A stretch of DNA of 56,349 nt from a virus (taxonomy: Duplodnaviria; Caudoviricetes), in the IMG/VR virus record IMGVR_UViG_3300020477_000031, positions 1 through 56,349 of that record. The stretch is one strand, 5' to 3'. The notes beneath the pieces were generated by a model that saw nothing but the letters and a program-made list of their open reading frames with translations, did no database searches and had not been told where the DNA came from. Shown piece after piece: positions 28,950-37,544 of the stretch. The first letter of the stretch is position 1, and each line of letters starts with the position of its first letter. A program made the translations under genes and the position numbers.

Positions 28950-29720
28950 ATGCCAACCAAAAGTAATAAGACGAAATATCCGTCAGAAGTTATAGATTTA
29001 CCAAGTGAAGGAAAATTATATTCAAAAGATTCTCCCTTAGCATCTGGTAATATTGATATTAAATTTATGACAGCTAAAGAAGAAGATATTCTTACATCAC
29101 AAAACCTTATCAAAAAGGGTGTTGTTATGGATAAGTTATTGGATTCATTGATATTAACTGAAGGTGTAACTTCAAATGATTTGATATTGGGTGATAAGAA
29201 TGCTATTATGGTAGCATCAAGAATACTTGCGTATGGACCTGAATATACAGCAGAAATAACAGATCCATCTACAGATGAAAAGTTATCACATACATTTAAT
29301 TTATCAGAATGTGATTATAAAAAGTTACCAGATGATATTTCATATGATGGTAATAATGAGTTTGAAGTAGAATTACCTGTATCAAAGGATAAACTCAAGT
29401 TTAAGTTGTTGACTGGTCATGATGAAAAAAAAATTAGTTCTATAATAGCGGCTAATAAAAAAATGAGAAGTAATGTTTCACCAGAAATAACAGCTAGATT
29501 AAAAACAGCAATTATATCTATAAATGGTGATGATTCAATGGGTGTTATAAATTCTTATGTAGATAATATGTTATCTCGTGATTCATTATTTTTGAGACAA
29601 GAAATACAAAGAATAACTCCCGATATTGAACTTTCACAAACGATAGATTTGGGAGGTGAGATGGTGCAGGTAGATATACCCCTAACCATCGAATTTTTTT
29701 GGCCTAACATCAAAACATAA
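28950..29720 (+). CDS. baseplate hub assembly / tail chaperone (T4 gp26-like)
   Basis: IDLPSEGKLY, MTAKEEDIL, L.LGDKNAI..A.R..AYG, ends FFWP. Confidence 0.85.
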   Translation: MPTKSNKTKYPSEVIDLPSEGKLYSKDSPLASGNIDIKFMTAKEEDILTSQNLIKKGVVMDKLLDSLILTEGVTSNDLILGDKNAIMVASRILAYGPEYTAEITDPSTDEKLSHTFNLSECDYKKLPDDISYDGNNEFEVELPVSKDKLKFKLLTGHDEKKISSIIAANKKMRSNVSPEITARLKTAIISINGDDSMGVINSYVDNMLSRDSLFLRQEIQRITPDIELSQTIDLGGEMVQVDIPLTIEFFWPNIKT

Positions 29721-29889
29721 ACCCATATTACACGATGAATTGTTTACACTTTCATATTACAGTGAAGGTGCGTTTACTCATGCAGATGTCTATGCCCTAC
29801 CAATTTATCTGCGAAGATTTTATATGAAAAAATTAGTAGAAGTCAAGAAAAAAGAAAAAGAAAGTTTAACCAAAAAACACAAAAAATAA
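29694..29889 (+). CDS. frameshift-extension ORF of the tail chaperone (+1/-2 frame)
   Basis: FFGLTSKHKPILHDELFTLSYYSEGAFTHADVYALPIYLRRFYMKKLVEVKKKEKESLTKKHKK*; the frame opens just before the T7 run. Confidence 0.7.
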
Positions 29890-29934
29890 TTATTTAGATA
29901 TTTATTAGTGTAATGGAGTATTGGAGAATTATTT

Positions 29935-30195
29935 ATGCTAAATAAAAAATCATATATGAATGAAAGTGTAATTCTAAAAGAATCATTTTTTGATAAACTT
30001 ATGAAATTTCTTAAAAGGAAAACTAAAGAACATAATGATGTAAAACTGAAAAAAATGATAAAAAGGAGTGGTATTTTAAAGAATATAGATACCATAAATT
30101 CGGAGAGAGAAAAATTAGATAAAGCTTTTGAAAAACAATTTGGTGTAAAAATAAAGAAAAAAACATATGGTTTAGATGACTTTGTTAAAATTTAA
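29935..30195 (+). CDS. hypothetical protein
   Basis: Has its own TATTTAT box and GGAG SD; ILKE motif. Confidence 0.6.
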   Translation: MLNKKSYMNESVILKESFFDKLMKFLKRKTKEHNDVKLKKMIKRSGILKNIDTINSEREKLDKAFEKQFGVKIKKKTYGLDDFVKI

Positions 30196-30212
30196 TTTTT
30201 AGGTGAATATTA

Positions 30213-32384
30213 ATGGCTAATAGAAAATTTGTAAAAGATTTAAAAGATGTACAAGATTTATCCAAAATGATGGATAAAATGGTTGGCCAGTGGGATAAAC
30301 TTTCTGATGCACAAAAACAAAATGTAGATTTGGTTAAAGATTATGCAGAAGGGATGAAGGAAAGTAAAAAATATAGTAAAGAAAATTTGGATAGTGCGTC
30401 AAACTTATCTAAAACCGCGAAAGTTGCATTAAAAGGTGGTGTTAATAGAAATAAATTACATTTAGCCGGGTTGAAAATAAAACAAAAAATGTTTGGTATT
30501 GATACAGCAAATCAACAATCCTTGGCAAAACAAGCCATAGCTATGAAAAAGGCAAATAAATCTGGTAGTAGAATGATGGGTAGTATGAAATCTGTGGGTA
30601 AGTTTGTTTCTGGTATAGCTATGAAATTGGCTGCATGGTTAGCTCCACTGTTGTTAATAAAGAAGATATTTGTAGGTTTTTCGAAAACTATAGATGATGC
30701 TGGTCAAAGCTTTGGAGCTATTGGGTTAAAATCTGAAAAATTGCTGGGAGTTTATAAACAATCCGATAATGAATTAAGAGGTATGGGATTGAATATGAAT
30801 GATGTTGCTGGTGCTGTGGATTCCATGGTATCTGGTATGGGTTTGAGTAATGCTGAAGCTATAAAGATGGCAGTTAATACTGGAAAATTAAGTAAAAATT
30901 TAGGTATAAGTACAGATACAGCAGCTAAACTTATTGAAAACTTCACAATGTTATCTGGTTCCACTGAAGAACAAGCTGTTCAACTTACAAATGCTGTGGG
31001 AATAATGTCCGGTTCTGCTGGTGTTTCACCACAAGTTGTATTAAGAGATATGGCTGATAGTCAAGAAACTATTGCTAAATTTGGAACAAAAAGTGCTGCT
31101 AATATAGCCAAAGCTGCAGTGAATGCTAGAAAATTTGGTAATAATTTAGGTACAGCTGAAAAAATGGCAAGTAGTTTATTGGATTTTGAAACTTCCATAG
31201 CTAAAGAAATGGAAGCTTCTGTATTGATAGGAAAACAATTAAATTATAATACAGCTAGACAAAAAGCATTACAAGGTGATCTTAGTGGGGCAATGGAAGA
31301 TATAGTAACTCAATTGGGTGGAGCAGCAGAATTTGAAAAAATGAATGTTATTCAGAGACAAGCTTTGGCAGATTCTATAGGTGTAAGTGTTGGTGAAATG
31401 GCCAAGTTTATGAATAAACAAGAAGAAGTTAATGATTTGGCAGAAGCTGGTGCAGAAGAAATGGAAAATATGAAACCAGAATTTAATCCTGAAGATGCTA
31501 TGTCAGCAATGACACAAATGCAAAATTCATTTGACCAATTAATGTCAACACTTCAAAATGAATTAGGTCCTGTTTTGGAAAATATAGCACAAACACTATT
31601 TGGTTGGTGGGAAACATTGACTAAATCTGAAATCGTGGTGAAGGGTATAAAATTTATTGGTGATGGATTAGCAACCATATGGGAAGGATTGACAACTAAG
31701 ACTGGTGAATTAAATGAAGAATTAAAAGGAAAAACAGAAGCTATTTTAGAGAGGGTGAAAAGTATACTCAAAGCTGTTTGGGAAATTTTAAAACCTATAG
31801 TTGATATTTTTATTGAAATGTTACCTAGTTGGGAACAATGGGGAAATATGGCGTTGGCAGTTTTGGATACGGTTGATGGACTTCTTAAAATAATACAAGG
31901 TATTATAACTTTGGACTGGGGATTGATGAAAGAAGGTTTTAAACAAACCTTTGAAGGTATGAAAGAATTTATGATAAATGCATTTACAAATACATTCAAT
32001 GTTATAGCTGATTTGTTTAGGGGTTTAGGTAATGTTATAGTTGAAGGATTAGAAGCAGCAAAAACTGCAATTTCTGATGCAATAATGTGGCCATTTAATA
32101 AAGCTAAAGAAGCACTTGAATGGTTGTGGCCAGGATCACCATCACCATTAGCTGATGCTATAGCTCAAGGTTTGGTATATGGTGGACCTAAAATAGAATC
32201 AGCTTTAACAGAACCATTTGAATCTGCTGCATTGAAAACATCAACTACTACTACTACAAATACTGGTGGTGGGAATGAAGGAACTATTGCTGTTGCAATT
32301 AGAGATGCTCTGAATGGTTTGGAATTAAAAACTACAGTTACAAGAGAACAACTTAATTTTATATTAACGCCTTCTAATAGTTAG
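30213..32384 (+). CDS. tape measure protein
   Basis: Helical, A/M/K-rich, LLDFETSIAKEMEA..L.G, W-spaced C-terminal repeats; sits after the chaperone. Confidence 0.85.
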   Translation: MANRKFVKDLKDVQDLSKMMDKMVGQWDKLSDAQKQNVDLVKDYAEGMKESKKYSKENLDSASNLSKTAKVALKGGVNRNKLHLAGLKIKQKMFGIDTANQQSLAKQAIAMKKANKSGSRMMGSMKSVGKFVSGIAMKLAAWLAPLLLIKKIFVGFSKTIDDAGQSFGAIGLKSEKLLGVYKQSDNELRGMGLNMNDVAGAVDSMVSGMGLSNAEAIKMAVNTGKLSKNLGISTDTAAKLIENFTMLSGSTEEQAVQLTNAVGIMSGSAGVSPQVVLRDMADSQETIAKFGTKSAANIAKAAVNARKFGNNLGTAEKMASSLLDFETSIAKEMEASVLIGKQLNYNTARQKALQGDLSGAMEDIVTQLGGAAEFEKMNVIQRQALADSIGVSVGEMAKFMNKQEEVNDLAEAGAEEMENMKPEFNPEDAMSAMTQMQNSFDQLMSTLQNELGPVLENIAQTLFGWWETLTKSEIVVKGIKFIGDGLATIWEGLTTKTGELNEELKGKTEAILERVKSILKAVWEILKPIVDIFIEMLPSWEQWGNMALAVLDTVDGLLKIIQGIITLDWGLMKEGFKQTFEGMKEFMINAFTNTFNVIADLFRGLGNVIVEGLEAAKTAISDAIMWPFNKAKEALEWLWPGSPSPLADAIAQGLVYGGPKIESALTEPFESAALKTSTTTTTNTGGGNEGTIAVAIRDALNGLELKTTVTREQLNFILTPSNS

Positions 32385-32394
32385 GAGATAAAAA

Positions 32395-34440
32395 ATGGGC
32401 TTGCAAAATTTAAATAGTGCATTTGATGATATAGTTAGTAAACTTAGTGACAGTAAGTTAGAAACAACGGCTAAGGCACCAATCCCAGTTAATAGAGAAA
32501 AATTAACTACTTTATGGGAACAAAGTGCGTTAGAAACTGATGAATATAAACCTGTACAATTGGGTAGAGGTGATTATACATTTAGTACTTTATTCACAAA
32601 CGATCAAAAAGTAAAAGTTGATAGACCAACAGGAATGTTACCAGGTAATTCAAGATTAAATTTAAATCCTGGTGGGTTTAAATTACTTCATCAATCTGGT
32701 TTCAGAGGTGATGAACCATATGTTATAAGTAGAATAAATGAAAATAGATTCTTATATAAAACGAAATATTCTTCAAGATTTTTACCATTAGGTAGAGCTA
32801 CACAAGATGTGGAAAGATTGGGTAAATTTGTATTATCAGCAGCTGGTATAACATGGATGGTAAAAGAAAATATACTTTCCAGATTTAATACTTATTCTCC
32901 AAAATTATATAATCCACTCTCATTAGGATCTGCTATACCATTAGTTGCGGGTGTTAAATTTAGAATGTCTAGAGGTTTTTTGGTTGATGAAGGTAAATAT
33001 CCATTTCATTATGTGATGGAAAATCCAAAAACTTTATTTAATGCTGATGAATTGACAAATCCTGGTATGGTGGGATTCGTTACTGCTGGTAATATGGCTG
33101 CAGGTTATAATACTATGGGTGGAAATTTATATCAAGCTGCTGGGTTAAATGTATTAGGTGGTCCACCAGACTTTACTAATGTTGGTATAGCACCACACGA
33201 TAATCCAATTACATATTTTCTTGGAGCTGGTGTTTCTAATTTAGAAAGAACTTATAGATCTTCTGAATGGACACGAACATTTTATGATAAAAAGGCTGAA
33301 GGTACTAAAATATTAGGTGGTGATGTGGAAATAACTGGTAGATCAGCTGATTTGGTTTTAGGGCAATATTCTGTGTTAGGTGCTACAAATTATATACAAT
33401 TTAGAAATTTAATAGAATCTTTGCCAGCTGCTGGTGAAGTACCAACGAGTGCTGATGTAATGAAAAGGCCTTCAGCTAAAAAGTTACAAGCACCATTGGC
33501 TACATTGGGTGCACTTGGTAAGAATAATGCTTTGATAAAAAAATTAGATGAATTTGCTAGTAAAGGTACAACAGATGCTGAACATGATAAAGTTAATAAC
33601 AATATAGAATTAACTAATGAAGATGAAACATTAGATAATAAATTAAAACCATTTCTTAAATATAGTGAACGACCTGAATCTGATACTGGTAAAAATGTGG
33701 ATAAAAATTATACAAAAAATAAAGTACCAAGTGATTATTACCCACATCAATTAGATCCAAGAGTTCAAAAAACTCCACTAAAAAGTTTACCTGGAGATTT
33801 GATGACTGTGATGCCCGTTAAACCTGGTGGTACTATAAATGAAGCTTATTCAGAAGAATCTATTACATCAGAAATGTTGGAAGAAGAAAAGAATGGTTAT
33901 TTACTTTATTTTAAAGATTTAAGGGATAATTCTTATTTGTTTTTTAGGGGATATGTTGAAGGGTTAACTGAAACTGTAACTCCAAATTGGCCTGGAACTG
34001 CATATGTTGGTAGAAGTGATCAAGTTTTTTCTTATGAAAATACTGAAAGGACTGTTGATTTTACATTACAATTATTTGCACAAACAAGTAGTGAATTGGA
34101 TGCTATTTATGATAAAATTAATAAGTTAACTTCATTTTGTTATCCTCAATTTAAAAAGGATAGTGTTAATTTTGATACTAAACTTAGAAGTAAACCACCA
34201 CTCTTAAAATTTAGATTTGCAGATTTATATGGTAAAAAAGATAATGAAATTTTAGGATTTATAAAGTCATTGACATATGCTTTCCCAGAAACTTCACCAT
34301 GGGAGATAGAAAGTGGTAAGAGAGTACCAAAACATGTTACTGCTACTATATCATATCAAGTTATTCACAATGAAATTCCTAATATGACTACACAATTTTA
34401 TGGTAAAGAAATAACAAATAATATTCATCATATTGATTAA
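32395..34440 (+). CDS. baseplate/tube initiator protein (gp48/gp54-like C-terminal domain)
   Basis: FRGYVEGLTE...W....YVGR...FSYENTER.V.F, PPLLKFRFADLY, GFIKSLTY, PWEI. Confidence 0.75.
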   Translation: MGLQNLNSAFDDIVSKLSDSKLETTAKAPIPVNREKLTTLWEQSALETDEYKPVQLGRGDYTFSTLFTNDQKVKVDRPTGMLPGNSRLNLNPGGFKLLHQSGFRGDEPYVISRINENRFLYKTKYSSRFLPLGRATQDVERLGKFVLSAAGITWMVKENILSRFNTYSPKLYNPLSLGSAIPLVAGVKFRMSRGFLVDEGKYPFHYVMENPKTLFNADELTNPGMVGFVTAGNMAAGYNTMGGNLYQAAGLNVLGGPPDFTNVGIAPHDNPITYFLGAGVSNLERTYRSSEWTRTFYDKKAEGTKILGGDVEITGRSADLVLGQYSVLGATNYIQFRNLIESLPAAGEVPTSADVMKRPSAKKLQAPLATLGALGKNNALIKKLDEFASKGTTDAEHDKVNNNIELTNEDETLDNKLKPFLKYSERPESDTGKNVDKNYTKNKVPSDYYPHQLDPRVQKTPLKSLPGDLMTVMPVKPGGTINEAYSEESITSEMLEEEKNGYLLYFKDLRDNSYLFFRGYVEGLTETVTPNWPGTAYVGRSDQVFSYENTERTVDFTLQLFAQTSSELDAIYDKINKLTSFCYPQFKKDSVNFDTKLRSKPPLLKFRFADLYGKKDNEILGFIKSLTYAFPETSPWEIESGKRVPKHVTATISYQVIHNEIPNMTTQFYGKEITNNIHHID

Positions 34441-34448
34441 GGATTATA

Positions 34449-34724
34449 ATGGCAAATAGATATGAAAATACTAAAATAACTAAAGATAAAAATGGAATTA
34501 ATAAGTATGATACCACAATTTATAATAAAATTCCAGAAAAAAATGATGACATATATTTAATGTCTACGGAAGGTGATAGATTTGATTTATTAGCTAATCA
34601 ATATTATGGTGATCCACATCTTTGGTGGTATATAGCTAAAGCTAATAATATGAAATTTAATAATATAGAAGTTGGAAAGGTCATACGAGTACCCGCCACT
34701 ACAGAATTTGCTGAAGGTAATTAG
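34449..34724 (+). CDS. LysM/gp53-like baseplate wedge protein
   Basis: EGDRFDLLANQYYGDPHLWWYIAKAN...G.VIRVP. Confidence 0.85.
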   Translation: MANRYENTKITKDKNGINKYDTTIYNKIPEKNDDIYLMSTEGDRFDLLANQYYGDPHLWWYIAKANNMKFNNIEVGKVIRVPATTEFAEGN

Positions 34725-34726
34725 TT

Positions 34727-37213
34727 ATGAATATAAGTGACAGAGTTTTTGGTTCTGATTTTAGTCCCGAAATTAAAAAAAAATTATTGGCAAGACAGGC
34801 TATAACTGAAAATGCAAAAGCAAATGAATCTATTTTATCTGACATAGGAAAACATAATTTTAATGGTGAAGCTGAACTTTCATCTAGAAAGGTTTGGGCT
34901 CGTATGTGGACAGCTGTTTCTGTCTATCGTGTGGAAAATGCAGGTTCTGAAAATCAAGTAGCTAGTGATCCATTAGAAGTTAAAGTTTATGCCGTTGGTA
35001 ATAACAATTTAAGTGATTATGAACAAAATAATACATCCGCAAATGAATCTATAATGGCGGATTTTTTATCTAATAATGATTATATGAAACCAAACGCTGG
35101 TATAACCAACATATCCTCTGAATTGACTGGGTATCTAGGTACTATAAAGAATACTACAGTTAATTTTAAAGTATTTAACTATTTTGATTATGATAATATA
35201 GTAACTAATTATTTTTTAAAACCTGGTGCTACTGTATTTGTAGATTGGGGATGGGATACATCTTTAGCTTACGATCCTCTGGAAGAATTTAAAAAGAATT
35301 CTTCACTTTCTAATATAGAAGAATTTTTATATGGAAGTCCAACTAATCCTAATGGGTTAGTACAAAAATCTAAAGGTGATTTAGAAGTTGTTTTTGGTTA
35401 TGTAACTAAATATGATGCCAAAGCTAACTCGGATGGTAGTTTTGATTGTACAATAACTATTACTTCTAAAAATTATGCTATAATTGACCATGATCAATCT
35501 GGTTTAGTAAAATTGGATAATCTATTTAAGAATACTATTACAGATTTAGCTTTAAAACGATTGGCTGAAGAAATGGGATTGGCTGAAATATATGATTTGG
35601 ATTGGATAATATCATCAAAAAAAGGTGGTCAGTGGAGAAAAGCTGTTGCAAAGAGTGTAGCTTCTACTGAAACTAAATTATCACATCAAACTACAGGATT
35701 TAAATATCCAGTTATACCAGAAGCTTCTTATAAGAGTGGTATATACTTTCAATATTTAGATGATGATGTTGGTGATAAAAAGAAAAAAATACCAGATTTA
35801 AACAATAATATGTATGTTACTATAAAATTCTTTGAAGATGAATTTATGAATAATACATTGGGTATTAAAATGGACAATTCTGACAATGATGTGGGTTTTA
35901 ATTCTGAAGGCCAATATGTAAAATTCAATGAAAATTTATATAAAAAACAATTATATACGAAAAACAAATCTTCTTTACATTTTTTATATCCTGATAGAGA
36001 TATAGATAAAGTCAAATCTTCTGGTAGTGTTCCAATAAGAGATTTATTTATAAAAGTTAGTTTAATTAATAGTGAATTTTCTATAAATACGGATATAAAG
36101 GTAGCACTTAAAAATATATTAGATAAGATATCAGGTGATTCATTGGATGTGATGAAATTGAAATTAATGTCTATAAATAATGGTAATGGCTTTTCTATTG
36201 TTGATATAAATAACCCACTGATATTATCAGATATAAAAAATAGATATGATTTGGGTGAACGTAAAAAGGAAGCTTCTAAAGAAAAGAATTTTGATGATTT
36301 ATTTATGTTTAAACCATATTCTCCTAATTCTATGGTATCATCAATAGATTTGACATTAACTACACCTAATAGTGGGTTAGCTAATATGATAGCTATTCAA
36401 TCACTGGGTGGTGATAAGAAAACATTTCCAATATCAGAAAATATATTAAATAATCTAGCTTTAAAATCATTAAATATTGATGGTGATATACACTATGAGC
36501 ACTTACCTACTGTTGATAAATCTGAAAATAGGGTAGAAAAACAACAAAAAAATGAAGTCATTATACCATCACAAGTTACGATGGAAATAGAAGGTGAAGA
36601 TAATGATTCTGAAATTTTAAATACTATTGATAAATTTTATCAAGGTGGATCAGCAGAGTCTGTTGATTTTGTAAAAAAACTGAATGAAGATTATAATTAT
36701 GCTGTTAGTGCATCATCTGCTGTTAAAGTATCTAAATCTGAAAAAGATCAATTTTCTGATGAAGTTGCAGATGATACAGTAGTGACTACATCTCCTAGTA
36801 GATATTTTGAACATAAAGTTAGAAAACATATGGTAACTGGTGGTAATTATACACCCATATTACCATATTCCTTATCATTTTCTATATACGGTATATCAGG
36901 TATATCACCTGGTAATTCATTTAGAGTTGATTATTTACCTAAATTACAAAGAGAAAAATCATTTTTTTGTATTACTAAAGTTACACATGATATTAGTACA
37001 TCTACATGGACAACTAAAATAGATGCACAAATGCGAATGAGAAGTGATAAACCTCTTACAGAATCACATATAATAAGTACACCTCCCATTAAATTATCTA
37101 AAAAGGCTTTGAAGGGTATGGGTTATAGTAAAGAACAAATTACTGATATATGGGAAAATAATTTAAATTGGGAAGAAATACCCCCAGATCCTCCAGAAGT
37201 AAAAACTGCATAA
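34727..37213 (+). CDS. baseplate hub protein (gp27/VgrG-like)
   Basis: FLKPGATVFVDWGW, DGSFDCT, SIYGISGI.PGNSF.VDYLP, F.ITKVTH.I...WTT.I; position in the tail module. Confidence 0.7.
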   Translation: MNISDRVFGSDFSPEIKKKLLARQAITENAKANESILSDIGKHNFNGEAELSSRKVWARMWTAVSVYRVENAGSENQVASDPLEVKVYAVGNNNLSDYEQNNTSANESIMADFLSNNDYMKPNAGITNISSELTGYLGTIKNTTVNFKVFNYFDYDNIVTNYFLKPGATVFVDWGWDTSLAYDPLEEFKKNSSLSNIEEFLYGSPTNPNGLVQKSKGDLEVVFGYVTKYDAKANSDGSFDCTITITSKNYAIIDHDQSGLVKLDNLFKNTITDLALKRLAEEMGLAEIYDLDWIISSKKGGQWRKAVAKSVASTETKLSHQTTGFKYPVIPEASYKSGIYFQYLDDDVGDKKKKIPDLNNNMYVTIKFFEDEFMNNTLGIKMDNSDNDVGFNSEGQYVKFNENLYKKQLYTKNKSSLHFLYPDRDIDKVKSSGSVPIRDLFIKVSLINSEFSINTDIKVALKNILDKISGDSLDVMKLKLMSINNGNGFSIVDINNPLILSDIKNRYDLGERKKEASKEKNFDDLFMFKPYSPNSMVSSIDLTLTTPNSGLANMIAIQSLGGDKKTFPISENILNNLALKSLNIDGDIHYEHLPTVDKSENRVEKQQKNEVIIPSQVTMEIEGEDNDSEILNTIDKFYQGGSAESVDFVKKLNEDYNYAVSASSAVKVSKSEKDQFSDEVADDTVVTTSPSRYFEHKVRKHMVTGGNYTPILPYSLSFSIYGISGISPGNSFRVDYLPKLQREKSFFCITKVTHDISTSTWTTKIDAQMRMRSDKPLTESHIISTPPIKLSKKALKGMGYSKEQITDIWENNLNWEEIPPDPPEVKTA

Positions 37214-37260
37214 AAACGTTGTTTTGTATTATATAATATTTGTAACGTAAAGTATGATAT
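37212..37260 (+). promoter_or_regulatory. putative early/host-type promoter (AAAAACGTTG box)
   Basis: AAAAACGTTGTTTTGTATT is identical to 53419-53437; a related copy lies at 37502. Confidence 0.55.
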
Positions 37261-37266
37261 GAAACA

Positions 37267-37341
37267 CGAGATGTAGCGAAGTCCGGTTATCGCACTTGCT
37301 TTGGGAGCAAGGGATCGTAGGTTCAAATCCTACCATCTCGA
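37267..37341 (+). tRNA. tRNA-Pro(UGG)
   Basis: Acceptor CGAGATG/CATCTCG, anticodon arm CTTGC-TTTGGGA-GCAAG, T arm GTAGG-TTCAAAT-CCTAC; followed by CTA, not CCA. Confidence 0.93.
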
Positions 37342-37350
37342 CTACAAATG

Positions 37351-37468
37351 GGGGATGTATTGGTATCGATTGGGCTTGTTTAACACGGAGTGGTGTTAAA
37401 TGACATTAGTTGACTCAATGATATGTCATAATAAGTTCAAGACGGCGGTTCGATTCCGCCCATCTCCA
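37351..37468 (+). ncRNA. minimal tmRNA-like RNA (tRNA-like domain with ~50-nt internal insert)
   Basis: GGGGATG/CATCTCC-A acceptor with G3:U70, stemless D loop TATTGGTATCGA, 11-bp P2, GAC linker, GGCGG-TTCGATT-CCGCC T arm. Confidence 0.85.
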
Positions 37469-37544
37469 CTATTGTTACAAACTGTTACAATTTATTTTAC
37501 GAAAAACGTTGTAAGATCGGCCAGAATGTGTTAACGTATATTGT

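Noticed and set aside
37351-37468. Intron-containing or ordinary tRNA-Ala
   Set aside because: There is no D stem or anticodon loop. The UCGA/P2/GAC/T-arm layout is tmRNA-specific, and the insert is too short for a self-splicing intron.
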